A stretch of 64,000 bases of DNA from Nitrospinaceae bacterium (GCA_046754465.1 JBHHVU010000010.1:15067-79066); one strand, 5' to 3'; positions 1-10,577 are shown, counted from the stretch's first letter. Translations and numbers: made by a program. Notes: generated from the letters alone by a model not told the origin.

Positions 1-614
1 GGGCCTTGAACGAACAGGCAGGTATCCTGATCCGATTGAGGGAACTGGCGTCCCAGGCCGCGACGGGAACCATCGGCCAAACGGAACGGGAAACCATTCA
101 ACTGGAGTTCGACGCGCTTCGCAAGGAAGTGGACCGGATCGGGAATACGTCGGAATTCAATGGGCAGAAACTGATCGACGGGTCCCTGGCCGCCGGTTCG
201 GGACAATCCGTGGTTTTGCAGATCGGTCTGAATTCATCGCAAAACAGCCGGATCGACCTGAATCAGGAAGTCAACATCACGGCGGCCACCTCACAAGCCC
301 TGGGCTTCGCGGATTCGTCCATCCTGACCCAGGAGGATGCTCAAAAAGCCCTGGAGTCGTTGACCCAGGCGATCAGTCAACTCAGTGGCATTCGGAGCAG
401 GGTGGGGGCCAACCAAAACCAGTTGATTCGGGCCTTGAATACCCAGAACACGACCATCGAAAGCCTGACGGGCGCGGTCTCGACCATAAAAGATGCTGAT
501 CTGGCGGAAGAATTCGCGCAATTGACCAAGAACCAGATCCTGGTTCAGGCCGGGGCCGCAATGGTGGGTCAGTCCAACCTGATTCCCCAGTCCGTATTGA
601 CCCTTCTGCAATAA
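1..614 (+). CDS. fliC: Flagellin (5'-truncated by window edge)
   Basis: RLRELASQAATGT...IQLEFDAL...SEFNGQKLIDGS and C-terminal RSRVGANQNQL...IKDADLAEE...ILVQAGAAMVGQSNLIPQSVLTLLQ flagellin motifs; frame open at the window start. Confidence 0.95.
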   Translation, partial: ALNEQAGILIRLRELASQAATGTIGQTERETIQLEFDALRKEVDRIGNTSEFNGQKLIDGSLAAGSGQSVVLQIGLNSSQNSRIDLNQEVNITAATSQALGFADSSILTQEDAQKALESLTQAISQLSGIRSRVGANQNQLIRALNTQNTTIESLTGAVSTIKDADLAEEFAQLTKNQILVQAGAAMVGQSNLIPQSVLTLLQ

Positions 615-701
615 GCGCTGGAGGACGCCGTTCTGGCATGTTCGGAGAAAAATCTCCCTCGTGGATTCTGGTTAACCTTCGAGCGGAGCTTGTTGGAAAG
701 C

Positions 702-731
702 ATTCCCGTCCCCCGGGCGGGAATTTTTTTT
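702..731 (+). terminator. Rho-independent terminator after flagellin
   Basis: ATTCCCGTCC-ccc-GGGCGGGAAT stem followed by T7. Confidence 0.75.
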
Positions 732-870
732 GAAATGGCGCCAAGCCGAATAATTTCTTTTGAAACCCCAAGGGAGACAAGATGATATAATAAAACACGC
801 TCCGGTAAGGGAGCCAGCCGCGCGGACTCTTTCAAAAGTTCAAACCCTTCTTCGAGCATTTCCGTCATTC

Positions 871-1908
871 ATGGAACAACTTAAAGTGGGCCTCATTGGA
901 TGCGGCCGGATCGGGACGCTTCTGGAGGACGACCCCCTCCGTGGAAAACCCTGCACCCACGCGGGCGGCTTCAATGCGATTCCGTCCGTGCGCCTGGCCG
1001 CGGGTTGTGACATCGACCGCACCCGGTTGAAACGATTCGGGGAGCGTTGGGGGGTCGGCCGGCTCTACACGGATTATCGGGAAATGCTCGGGCGGGAGGA
1101 TTTGGATATCGTATGCATCGCCACCTGGACCCACCTGCATCATTCCATGACCCTTGATGCGGTCCGTTCCGGTGTCAAGGGAATATATTGTGAAAAACCC
1201 ATTGCCATCGATCTCCGTCAGGCCCGGAAAATGGTTCGGACCTGCGAGCGTCATCAAGTTCCCTTGGTCATCAATCATGAGCGCCGCTGGGAATTTTACT
1301 ACCGGAAAGCCCGGTCACTCATCGGTTCCGGAAAAATCGGAGAGGTGAGAACGATCATCGGCAACGCGTTGAGCTGGAAACCGGGAAAGTTGCGTTGCGG
1401 CACTCATGGCGGGGGCGCGCTGTTCCACGACGGCACTCACCTGACCGATCTGCTTCATTATTTTGGCGGCCCCATCGATTGGGTCTCGGGACACGAGGTG
1501 CGGCCGAACGGAAAAAATTTTATCGAAGAAACCGCTTGCGCCATGATGGGTTTTAAAAACGGGGCCTTGGGTTTCATCGAAGGCGGCGGCGCGAGGAAAT
1601 ATTTTAATTTTGAACTCGACATCCAGGGATCCGAGGGAAGGCTCCTGATCGGCAACGACGGAAGAGCACTGTATCGCACCCGCCGGAGCAAGAGGTTTAC
1701 CGGGTTTCAAGAACTCGAGCGGGTTACGTTCCCGGAACCCAAACGGTATACCAGCCCCTTCATCGCCGGGGCGCGGGACCTTGTCCAGGCGGTCCGTTCC
1801 GGCCGGGAGGTGCTGTCGACGGGACGGGACGGGTTGAAGGCTCTGGAAGTCATTTTGGCCATATACCGGTCGGCGCAACAAAAAGGAAAGCGGATCAAGA
1901 TGAGATGA
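871..1908 (+). CDS. Gfo/Idh/MocA family NAD(P)-dependent oxidoreductase
   Basis: KVGLIGCGRIG Rossmann motif, DIVCIATWTHLH, IYCEKPIA, HDGTHLTD; start moved to ATG 871. Confidence 0.9.
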   Translation: MEQLKVGLIGCGRIGTLLEDDPLRGKPCTHAGGFNAIPSVRLAAGCDIDRTRLKRFGERWGVGRLYTDYREMLGREDLDIVCIATWTHLHHSMTLDAVRSGVKGIYCEKPIAIDLRQARKMVRTCERHQVPLVINHERRWEFYYRKARSLIGSGKIGEVRTIIGNALSWKPGKLRCGTHGGGALFHDGTHLTDLLHYFGGPIDWVSGHEVRPNGKNFIEETACAMMGFKNGALGFIEGGGARKYFNFELDIQGSEGRLLIGNDGRALYRTRRSKRFTGFQELERVTFPEPKRYTSPFIAGARDLVQAVRSGREVLSTGRDGLKALEVILAIYRSAQQKGKRIKMR

Positions 1909-2555
1909 TTTTAAAAAATACGGCCGCCATAATCTCTCTTCTTGTTTTCATTCTTGGTTTCAGCACATTCGTGAAGGTGTGCTGGAACGCCCGGGAAGAA
2001 TTGCAGGTGGCCGAAAGGTATGCACGGCAGAATCAGAACGCCCAGGCGGCGGTCCATTACGAACGTTCCATCCATTGGTTTGTTCCCGTGCTCGATTTTC
2101 AATGCCGTGCCGCGGAGGGATTGTGGAAAATCGCCCGGGATTATGAGGCCCGGGGGGACACGGAAAACGCCCTTGGCACTTATCGGCTGCTGCGGGGAGC
2201 CTTTTATTCCGTTCGCAGCTTTTACACGCCGGGAAAACAATGGATCGAACGCAGTAACGAAAGAATCGCCACGCTTATGGCGATGAAACCGGAATCCGCC
2301 CCGGCTGAACGAACCCAAACCTTCGACCAGAGAAGGAACGAAATCCTGAGTCTTCTTTCCCGGGAGAAACCTCCGCGGCCCCTATGGGCCTTGCTTACCG
2401 AGCTGGGTTTTTTCGGATGGGTGACCTGTTCGGTGCTGTTTATATTCAAGGCGATGACGAAATCGGGAGGCATCCTGCTCCGGCCCGCCCTCTTCTGGAC
2501 GGGGGGATTCGTTGTGTTTTACAGTTTGTGGATCCTGGGCATGTTTAACGTATGA
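1905..2555 (+). CDS. Hypothetical membrane protein with helical-repeat-like soluble region
   Basis: One N-terminal and two C-terminal hydrophobic segments; ATGA overlap with the upstream gene. Confidence 0.75.
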   Translation: MILKNTAAIISLLVFILGFSTFVKVCWNAREELQVAERYARQNQNAQAAVHYERSIHWFVPVLDFQCRAAEGLWKIARDYEARGDTENALGTYRLLRGAFYSVRSFYTPGKQWIERSNERIATLMAMKPESAPAERTQTFDQRRNEILSLLSREKPPRPLWALLTELGFFGWVTCSVLFIFKAMTKSGGILLRPALFWTGGFVVFYSLWILGMFNV

Positions 2556-2746
2556 TTTTGTTTGAGCCAGTCTGGACGAAGTTTTAAGGTAAAGAATTAA
2601 AAATTTTTAATTGAAAACAAAATTGCGGGTGTGGTAATTTTTTTTAAACGGCCAATTCCTCGTTAATTTCTACATCGGTTCATTCTTCCAGATTTTTTTG
2701 TCCGGAATAAATATTTGGATGCTCTTAAAGGTTACGGAGATGCCGC

Positions 2747-3703
2747 ATGATTGAAGTGGATAACCTGACCAAGTTCTATGGTCCCCGGCCCGCCATCAAA
2801 GGTCTCACCTTCGAGGTGAACCGGGGAGAAGTGGTTGGGTTTTTAGGTCCCAACGGGGCGGGAAAAACCACCACGATGAACATTTTGTGCTGTATCATGC
2901 CCGCTTCGAGCGGCGGGGCAAGGGTTTGCGGGTACGACATCTTCGAGCAGTCCCTGGAAATCCGCAAACGGATCGGGTACCTTCCGGAAACACCCCCGGT
3001 TTATACCGACATGATCGTCGCGGATTACCTGAAATTCTGCGCCAGCATCCGGCGTGTTCCCGGGAACCAGGTTTCGGCGGCGGTGGACCGGGTGATCGAA
3101 AAATGCGTGCTTCGAGAAGTCCGGCACCGCCTCATCGGCCGGTTGTCCAAGGGATTTCAACAGCGCGTCGGGCTCGCCCAGGCCATGATCCACAATCCCG
3201 ATATTCTGATTCTGGACGAACCGACCATCGGTCTGGACCCCATACAGATCATAGAGATCCGGAAACTGATTCAGGAACTGGCCGACTCCCACACGATTCT
3301 TCTGAGTTCCCACATCCTTCCCGAAGTCACCCAGATCTGTAAACGGGTGATCATCATCAATGAAGGCGAAATCGCGGCGATGGATTCCCTGGAAGGGTTG
3401 ACCTCCTCCCTGAATAAGGGAGAGCGCCTTTTGTTTAAGGTGCGGAACGAAGACCATGGGATTGTGGAAAAACTGGAAGCCCTCGATAAGGTCTGGGACG
3501 TCAAACGGGAAAAGGACGGACAATTTCTCATCGAATGCGAAATGAATTCGCATTTGCAGGACCAGGTGGCCCGGCTCGCGCTGGACAATGCTTGGGGAAT
3601 CGAGGAATTGAAACCCATGGCCATGACGCTGGAGGATATTTTCATCAAATTGACCCTGGAAGAAAAAGAGGTCAAAACCGTGGAAGAAGGAGCCGCTTCA
3701 TGA
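2747..3703 (+). CDS. ABC transporter ATP-binding protein (GldA-like)
   Basis: Walker A GPNGAGKTT, signature LSKGFQQRV, Walker B ILILDEPT, SSH switch. Confidence 0.95.
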   Translation: MIEVDNLTKFYGPRPAIKGLTFEVNRGEVVGFLGPNGAGKTTTMNILCCIMPASSGGARVCGYDIFEQSLEIRKRIGYLPETPPVYTDMIVADYLKFCASIRRVPGNQVSAAVDRVIEKCVLREVRHRLIGRLSKGFQQRVGLAQAMIHNPDILILDEPTIGLDPIQIIEIRKLIQELADSHTILLSSHILPEVTQICKRVIIINEGEIAAMDSLEGLTSSLNKGERLLFKVRNEDHGIVEKLEALDKVWDVKREKDGQFLIECEMNSHLQDQVARLALDNAWGIEELKPMAMTLEDIFIKLTLEEKEVKTVEEGAAS

Positions 3704-4467
3704 AAAATGTCTGGGTCATTGCCAAACGGGATGCGGGTTCATATTTCAACTCCCCGGTTTTTTACGTAGTTACCACGGTGTTCCTGGTCATTTTCAGTTT
3801 TATATTCTTTAACATTTTAAATTTTTTCAGTTTTCAAAGTTTGCAGGCGGGCCAGTTTCGAAGCATGAATATCGGCCTTAACCTGAATGAGATGGTCATC
3901 GAACCTTCCTTCCACAACATGGCGGTGATCCTGCTTCTGATGATTCCTGTCATCACCATGCGCAGTTTTTCCGAAGAGAAAAAAAGCAAGACCTTTGCGT
4001 TACTCCTATCCTCCCCCGTTCACCTTAAGGAAATCATTTTTGGCAAATTCCTGGCCTGCATGGCCGTGATCGGTTTAATGATCCTGTTGTCCGCTTATTC
4101 CACCGGTTTCCTTTTTCTTCTGGGGGAACCGGATACCGGACCGGTAGTGACGGGATACGTGGGCATCCTTCTCATGGCAGGATGTTATGTGGGGTTGGGA
4201 GTTTTCGCCTCTTCCCTGACCGACAATCAGATCATCGCGGCGGTGATCGCTTTCGGATTTTCTCTTTTTATGTGGATCATCGGCTGGGCGGCGCAAGCGG
4301 CCGGCAGCGGGTGGGGCGAGGTGTTGCAGTTTCTATCCCTTATCGACCACCTGGACCGGTTTTTAAAAGGGATCTTCGACACCAGTGACTTGGTGTTCTA
4401 CCTTTCCTTCATCGCGTTTTTTCTGTTTCTGACCCATCGGGTGCTCGATTCTCAAAGGTGGAGATAG
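3700..4467 (+). CDS. ABC-2 type permease (GldF-like)
   Basis: IAKRDAGSYFNSP, ITMRSFSEEKK...LLLSSP, DNQIIA; about 6 TM helices; ATGA overlap gives start 3700. Confidence 0.9.
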   Translation: MKNVWVIAKRDAGSYFNSPVFYVVTTVFLVIFSFIFFNILNFFSFQSLQAGQFRSMNIGLNLNEMVIEPSFHNMAVILLLMIPVITMRSFSEEKKSKTFALLLSSPVHLKEIIFGKFLACMAVIGLMILLSAYSTGFLFLLGEPDTGPVVTGYVGILLMAGCYVGLGVFASSLTDNQIIAAVIAFGFSLFMWIIGWAAQAAGSGWGEVLQFLSLIDHLDRFLKGIFDTSDLVFYLSFIAFFLFLTHRVLDSQRWR

Positions 4468-4472
4468 CATTC

Positions 4473-6053
4473 ATGAATAATCTGGTGTCACTTTCCGGCT
4501 GGCTGGCTTTGTTTTTCGGATTCGCGGCCCTGTTCTTTTATATTGTGGTTCCCGACCAGACGATATTGATATTGTCCCTCACGGGGGTCGGGCTGGTGAA
4601 TGCCCTGTTTATAATGATTGTGAATCGGCAGGCCATCCGGCGTGGATTGAAAACACGCACGGCGTTGCACGGGGTGAACACGGTAGTCCTCATCGTGGTC
4701 TTCCTGGGGCTCCTCATTTTCATCAACCTGCTTTCCTATCGCCACAAACATCGATTCGATTTGACTGCCACGGGATATTTTACCCTCGCCCCACAAACCC
4801 GTAAACTCGTATCGAACCTCCCGCGTGAAGTGACCATAACCGCGTTTTTCCAGACCGACTCCCCCAATAAAACCCAGTTTAAAAACCTGATTGACGGCTA
4901 CCTGGGATTGACGGACAAGATCAAATTGGCCTTCGTCGATCCAGACAAAAACCCCGCCATCATCAAACGATATGGGGTGACTACCTACGGAACCATTGTC
5001 CTCGAAAGCGGAAAAAAAGAAACCAAGGTGCAAAATCCAACGGAGGAAAACCTCACGAACAGTATTTTGAAAGTCATCAAGGATGAAAAGAAAACGGTCT
5101 ATTTTCTGGAAGGGCACGGGGAACGGGATCTCGATAAATCCGAGGGAGAAGGATACGGCAACGTCAAAAAATCCCTGGAACGGGACGGATTCAAGGTGGA
5201 GAAACTGCTCCTGCTGAAATCCGGAACCGTTCCCAAGGACGCCGATGTGGTGGTGATGGCCGGACCCAAAAAGCCCATCCTCGTCAAGGAACAGAAAGCT
5301 CTTGGCGATTACCTCGCCATGGGGGGATCGGTCTTTATCCTGGTCGATCCGCAATCGGAATTTCAGATGGAAGATTTTCTCCTCAAATGGGGTGTCGTGT
5401 TGAAGAATGATATCGTCATCGACCCCTTGTCCAAGTTGTTTGGCGGCGATTATGCCGCTCCCGTGGTCAATCAATACACTTTTCATGACATCACCAAGGA
5501 TTTTGGGCTTCCCACGATCTATCCGGTGGTACGCTCCGTGACCGCCCGGAAGGTAGAGGGGGTTGAGACGACGGAATTGCTTCAGTCCGGCGCCAACAGT
5601 TGGGGCGAGACCGATCTGAACGCGGAAAAGGTTCAATACAATGAAGGGATAGACGAGAAAGGGCCGGTGCCGCTGGCCGTGGTCGTGACACGGGAAATTG
5701 AATCCGCTGGCAAAAAGGATAAAAACGGCCCCACTGGATCGGAGAAGAAAATCGATGCGGCGGAGAAAAAAGAATCCGGTCCCAAGGCCCATTTGATAGT
5801 GATCGGCGATTCGGATTTTGCCAGCAACAATTACGTTAATTTCACGGGCAATGGGGACTTTTTTCTGAACATCGTTTCCTGGTTGGCGGAGGAGGAGAAT
5901 CTGATCTCCATCCGCTCCAGGGAACGAAAAGATACGCCGATCCAATTGACCCGCGAGTGGGGCAGTACTATTTTTCTGATGGGCACCATCGTGTTTCCCG
6001 GCTGCGTGGTCATCGTGGGACTGAGAAAGTGGTGGAGGAGACGGCGTTTATGA
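4473..6053 (+). CDS. GldG family ABC auxiliary component
   Basis: RFDLTATGYFTLAPQT, VYFLEGHGE, VIGDSDF, GNGDFFLNIVSWL; N- and C-terminal TM segments. Confidence 0.9.
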   Translation: MNNLVSLSGWLALFFGFAALFFYIVVPDQTILILSLTGVGLVNALFIMIVNRQAIRRGLKTRTALHGVNTVVLIVVFLGLLIFINLLSYRHKHRFDLTATGYFTLAPQTRKLVSNLPREVTITAFFQTDSPNKTQFKNLIDGYLGLTDKIKLAFVDPDKNPAIIKRYGVTTYGTIVLESGKKETKVQNPTEENLTNSILKVIKDEKKTVYFLEGHGERDLDKSEGEGYGNVKKSLERDGFKVEKLLLLKSGTVPKDADVVVMAGPKKPILVKEQKALGDYLAMGGSVFILVDPQSEFQMEDFLLKWGVVLKNDIVIDPLSKLFGGDYAAPVVNQYTFHDITKDFGLPTIYPVVRSVTARKVEGVETTELLQSGANSWGETDLNAEKVQYNEGIDEKGPVPLAVVVTREIESAGKKDKNGPTGSEKKIDAAEKKESGPKAHLIVIGDSDFASNNYVNFTGNGDFFLNIVSWLAEEENLISIRSRERKDTPIQLTREWGSTIFLMGTIVFPGCVVIVGLRKWWRRRRL

Positions 6054-7810
6054 AATTCAAGGGAACGATCTGGCTGAGCGCGGCTTTTTTCGGCATCGTT
6101 CTTTACTACTTCTTGGTCGATCTGCCCACTGAAAAAAAACATAAGGAAGAGAAAGAGCGTTCGGAAAAAGTTCTCCTTTTCGACAGGAAGGATGTCGAAG
6201 GATTTTCTCTCACCAAGGGAGAACAAACGCTGCAACTGCAACGGAAGGGGGAGGAAGGATGGAAACTCCTGCAACCCCTGAAAGCCGAGGCCGATAAGGA
6301 AGCCGCCGCGTCTTATCTGTCCCGGCTTGAAGACGCACGGTTCTCCCGGGTCGTTGAGGAGTCCCCAAAAGATCCCGCCGTATACGGACTGAAAACTCCC
6401 TCTCTCAAAATCACCCTAAAATTGAAAGGCCAGGGCGAGAAGACCCTGTTGGTTGGGGACGAAAACCCGATGCGGAATTACCTGTATGTCCAGCGGGAAG
6501 GAGAAAAGAAGGTGCTCCTGGCCACGGTTTTCCGGAAAGACCTGGACCGGAGCCTTTTCGATTTGCGTGATAAAACCCTTCTGGATTTCGAGAATGAGGC
6601 GGTCCGGAAGATAAAGTTCCTGGCCGGCGAAAGTTCCTTCGATTTGGTTAAAAACGAGAAACAGTGGGAAATTGTCAAGCCGGTCCGGACCAAGGCCGAT
6701 CCCAATGAGGTCCGGAGGTTTCTCAATTCCGTGAAGTTCTCGAGGATCAGGGAATTCGTGGAGGAAAAACCGGAAACGCTGACCCCCTTTGGTTTGGATA
6801 CCCCCGTGATTCAGCTGGTCCTGGAAATCGGAAAGGAAGCTAAAACCTTGTCCCTTTTGGTGGGAAACCAAAAGAACGAGGCTGGGTTTTTTGGAAAAAC
6901 CGGCGATGCTTCCAACGTGGTCCTGCTGGGCAAGAACCTGGTTGAAACCCTCACCAAGAAACCCGTCGATTTCATGGATAAAATCCTCCTGGAGTTCAAG
7001 GAGGACGATGTGGCTCAAATCCAACTCCGGTCCCCAAAAGAGGAAATCGAAGTGGTGCGCGATAAGGACGAACCCTCCCTTTGGAAACTCGTCAAACCCA
7101 AAGCCTCCCGGGCGGATACCGCGGCGTTGAATAATCTCTTGTTGGATTTGAAGGAGGCGCGGATCAAGGAGTTTGTCAAAATATCGATGCAAGATCCCTC
7201 GCTTTTCGGACTGGACCGGCCGGTTAAGGAACTCACCCTCCATTGGAAAAAAGGGGCGCCCTGGACTCTTAAACTGGGGAACAAGTCCACGGACGGAAAG
7301 TATTATTTCGCCGGCCGGACAGGAGATTCGACAGTGTTCATGGTTTCCGGGGAAACGGTATCCAAAATCTTTCCCTCCCTTCACGCCCTGAAATATAAAA
7401 AACTGCTCAGCTTCAAGAGCGATGATGTCCATCGTATCCTGATTGAAACTCCCAAAAAAACCTTCGAGCTTCGCCAGAATAAAAAGAACTGGGACCTGTT
7501 GCAGCCTGAAAAAATCAAATCCCTGAAAGCATTTCAAGGGAAAGACATCCTCTGGACCCTGAGAAACCTGGAATATGAGTCGATCGTTGAACCGCCCCTG
7601 AGCGATCAGGAGTCGGGGCTGGATAATCCCCGTCTCGCGGTAAGTATTTGGAAGGGAAAAAACCGGAAAATCGCGAAGATCCTGGTGGGAAATTCCGTAA
7701 AAGACCGGTCCTTTTATTACGCCAGGGTGGAAGGGCAACCCTCCCTTTATATTATTAAGTCCCGGTTTTTGGACGAGATTCCGCGGGATTTGAAAAAATT
7801 CAAAAGTTGA
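6050..7810 (+). CDS. DUF4340 domain protein (three repeats)
   Basis: N-terminal anchor; repeated W.L..P...AD / (Y/F)GL..P / L.VG units; usual fourth gene of Gld-like operons; ATGA overlap. Confidence 0.85.
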   Translation: MKFKGTIWLSAAFFGIVLYYFLVDLPTEKKHKEEKERSEKVLLFDRKDVEGFSLTKGEQTLQLQRKGEEGWKLLQPLKAEADKEAAASYLSRLEDARFSRVVEESPKDPAVYGLKTPSLKITLKLKGQGEKTLLVGDENPMRNYLYVQREGEKKVLLATVFRKDLDRSLFDLRDKTLLDFENEAVRKIKFLAGESSFDLVKNEKQWEIVKPVRTKADPNEVRRFLNSVKFSRIREFVEEKPETLTPFGLDTPVIQLVLEIGKEAKTLSLLVGNQKNEAGFFGKTGDASNVVLLGKNLVETLTKKPVDFMDKILLEFKEDDVAQIQLRSPKEEIEVVRDKDEPSLWKLVKPKASRADTAALNNLLLDLKEARIKEFVKISMQDPSLFGLDRPVKELTLHWKKGAPWTLKLGNKSTDGKYYFAGRTGDSTVFMVSGETVSKIFPSLHALKYKKLLSFKSDDVHRILIETPKKTFELRQNKKNWDLLQPEKIKSLKAFQGKDILWTLRNLEYESIVEPPLSDQESGLDNPRLAVSIWKGKNRKIAKILVGNSVKDRSFYYARVEGQPSLYIIKSRFLDEIPRDLKKFKS

Positions 7811-8140
7811 ATTCCTTTCTTTCACCCTTTCCTGGAACCACCTCCCGACAGTCCGGCAATCCTGAAATCCTGGAATTCGCGAAGTATTACAAATCCTCAG
7901 GCCCTTCCTGGTTATCCTACCTATCATATTGAAAGGAATTCCCCGTAATTCCGACATCTTAAAGAATTGCCGTTAAAACAGGAAATCCGCCTGGCCGGGG
8001 AAAAGGTAAAAAATTTCGGTGTATCCGATGATAAAGATCTTCCCTTGGAGAGGATGCCGAGGGCAGGACCCGTCCTTTCCCCCCGGTTGAATCCCTTAAC
8101 GGATTCCCCGGAGGTTTTTCTGGCAGAAAGGAGCGTTCCC

Positions 8141-8506
8141 ATGACTAAACTGGAAACCATAGAATTGCTCGTTCAAAACATTCCCTGTCCCGTCTGCATG
8201 AATTCCCGATTCGAAATCAAACTGAGTTGTGATCTTCCCAGGTCACCCTGCGATTTTTATGCGGTTTGCGGACATTGTACTTATAAGTTCGTGGTCACCG
8301 AGGATTTCAAATCCAAGGGTAACCTGCTGGAGAGTGTGAAGAGGCATATAGAAAGATCCGGTTGTCCCAAGTGTGGGAGCAAACGGTTGGAAACGGAATT
8401 TTTGTGCGATCTGGGATCGGAAGATTGCTTTTTCCTCGTCAGGTGCGAGGAAAATAATCACTACAGCCGCATCAATCAAGGCGGTATCCGTTATCTTTTT
8501 AACTGA
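8141..8506 (+). CDS. Cys-rich putative zinc-binding protein with two internal repeats
   Basis: AGGAG RBS before ATG 8141; CPVC..CDLPRSPC..CGHC and CPKC..CDLGSEDC..CEENNH. Confidence 0.8.
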   Translation: MTKLETIELLVQNIPCPVCMNSRFEIKLSCDLPRSPCDFYAVCGHCTYKFVVTEDFKSKGNLLESVKRHIERSGCPKCGSKRLETEFLCDLGSEDCFFLVRCEENNHYSRINQGGIRYLFN

Positions 8507-9384
8507 CACCATCAAAAAGTTCCCTTGCGCCAACTCAGATTAGAGGTCGCCGAAAAGGGCGGGATTTTTCTCCGCCCCCCAACCGGGAACCATTAAGCTC
8601 GTCCGCGTCCAACCTCCAAATTCCTGTTATATTATTCCCTCCTGGGCAAAGGTTTGCCCGGCGGCTCGGTCTCTTGACCCTAATTTTTCCCGCCCACAAG
8701 GGATATTTTTCCCCATATAAAAGTTTTGCCCAAAGATTCCCGGAGGGGGGCCCTCGAACCTTAAATTTTTCCAACAATTTTTGTAATGATTGATGGATAA
8801 TCGCGACCGGACCCATGAAGGCGGTGGCGTTCCACCGGCTGGACCACCCGGACACGAACCATGGAAGACGTTCGGTGAAGGTGGAGACCCAGAGAAAGTG
8901 TGAGTTGCAAAGGGGGTGGAGTAAAAGTCAGGGTCATGACGTCCATTACCGCCTGATGCAGCTTCACCCAATGGTTCATTCAGAATCAAGAAGACCCAAA
9001 ACATTTTCCACCCTTTGAACATTGCATCCACCTCCCGTGGGATGACGTTAACCTGCATCAGGTCCTGAAGGTTAAAGGTTTTGGTTTGAGGTCCTTCTCC
9101 GCCGGGCTTTCATTAATGAATCCGGGGCGGGAGAACCCCTGGCTCCGGTTCGGAGCAGGTATAAAGGGAAGGCCTGAGGACACTCCCCTGGCAACATTTC
9201 ACTTCCGGAAAGAGGTGTTGCCGTTTAGTTTCCTTGGCCCCTATATATGGAAATTTTCATATCATTGCATACATCATATTGTGGGTAACGGGAGTTTTCG
9301 GTTCTCAGGAAATTATTTTTTCCGTTTAACCATTTGAATTTAAAGGTATATTTCTACTTATGCGCCCCGGGCCCAAATTATCTC

Positions 9385-9438
9385 TTGACAGGTACTATAT
9401 GTGGTGGTACCGTTCACTCGGCACACTACATAAAGGGA
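9385..9438 (+). promoter_or_regulatory. Sigma70 promoter overlapped by tandem NrdR-like boxes
   Basis: TTGACA(9385)-17 nt-TACCGT(9408) with extended TG; boxes CTATATGTGG (9395) and CTACATAAAG (9426), 31 bp apart. Confidence 0.7.
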
Positions 9439-10145
9439 TTTATGTTGATTTTGATTAGTACGGAAGGTAAGGTTTATCCGTATAGGTTTTTAATATTCAG
9501 GTGAATATAGGAATGCCGTTGAAATGCTCATCGGTATCAGGAGCTTCCACCGGCGGGTTACTAGAAGAGAGGTCTCCATGTTTAATGAGATGCATCCTCC
9601 GTCGAAAATCCTTGAAAAAGGAGCCTTGAAGGCAGGGATGTACGCCAGTCTCAAACCCCTTCCCAAACCCCCAAATGCAATGAGCGCCAGCCGAATCCTC
9701 CGTTGTTCTCGGCAGAAGAGTTCCTCCCAATCGGCGTATAATGGAGCCCCTTTTTACCGCCAGATGTTGGCCGTAGAGGTTTCTCTAGGCGAAATAGTAA
9801 CCCGCCTCCTTTCTTATTTTTTGAAACGCCCCGCCTGGTCCCGGCCCTGATGCGCGGCTTCGTGCTGTCCTCTTGTCAAGGGCGGGTTTTGGGTTTTTCG
9901 TGGATTAACCGGGTGAGGGAATCCGGGTAAAGGCGGCGGCGTTTTTTCATGCCTCAAATTTGTCAGTAAGTTAGCCGGTCCCCATTCATGACGGAATTCC
10001 GGTCCCCCCCCCCACCCCTCTGAGGGCAGGGTTCCCCCTGGGTCCGAATTCGGACGTTGAATCCACTTTTGTCTTAACATTCATTCCACTCTGTAGTAAA
10101 AGTTTTCCAACCAGCAAAATTGAAATAGAGGAGTGAGGCACCGTC

Positions 10146-10577
10146 ATGGGGGAAAGGTCATCACGGTCGGTCTGTGAGGTTTCCGGGCAATTTGTCCCCG
10201 TTTATATCCATCCTGGAGATGCAGGGGCGGATCTGCGTTCCGTGGTTAATGACGAGATCCCCGCCCGGGGCAGGAAATTGATTCCCACCGGAATCCGCCT
10301 CAAATTGCCTCCAGGGCATGTGGGGTTGATCTGGCCCCGCAGCGGGCTGGCAGTCCATCATTCCCTCGATTGCGGAGCGGGGGTGATCGATGCCTCTTAC
10401 CGGGGGGAAATCAAAGTCCTGATATTTAACCATTCGGATGAGGCTTTCCAGATCCGGGCCGGGGACCGGATCGCACAACTTTTGGTGCAAAAAGTGGAAC
10501 GGGTTGAATTCGTCCGGGTGGATGATCTGGAAGATTCGAGCCGCGGGGGGAACGGGTTCGGTTCCACGGGAAAATGA
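10146..10577 (+). CDS. dut: dUTP diphosphatase
   Basis: AGADL, PRSGLA, GVIDASYRGEI, GDRIAQL, RGGNGFGSTG: all five dUTPase motifs. Confidence 0.97.
   Translation: MGERSSRSVCEVSGQFVPVYIHPGDAGADLRSVVNDEIPARGRKLIPTGIRLKLPPGHVGLIWPRSGLAVHHSLDCGAGVIDASYRGEIKVLIFNHSDEAFQIRAGDRIAQLLVQKVERVEFVRVDDLEDSSRGGNGFGSTGK

Noticed and set aside
760..870. ORF-track N-terminal extensions (also 3535, 5957, 7967, 33430, 50621, 55107)
   Set aside because: Downstream ATGs fit RBS position, gene overlaps and domain starts better
6416..7957. Long antisense ORFs (also 4488-5945, 33126-34364, 36123-37433, 41239-42597, 42650-43909)
   Set aside because: They mirror well-supported genes on the other strand and show no motifs
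8506..10145. Replication origin or cobalamin riboswitch in the long intergenic region
   Set aside because: No cluster of TTATCCACA boxes; the AGGGAA strings lack the rest of the B12-box pattern
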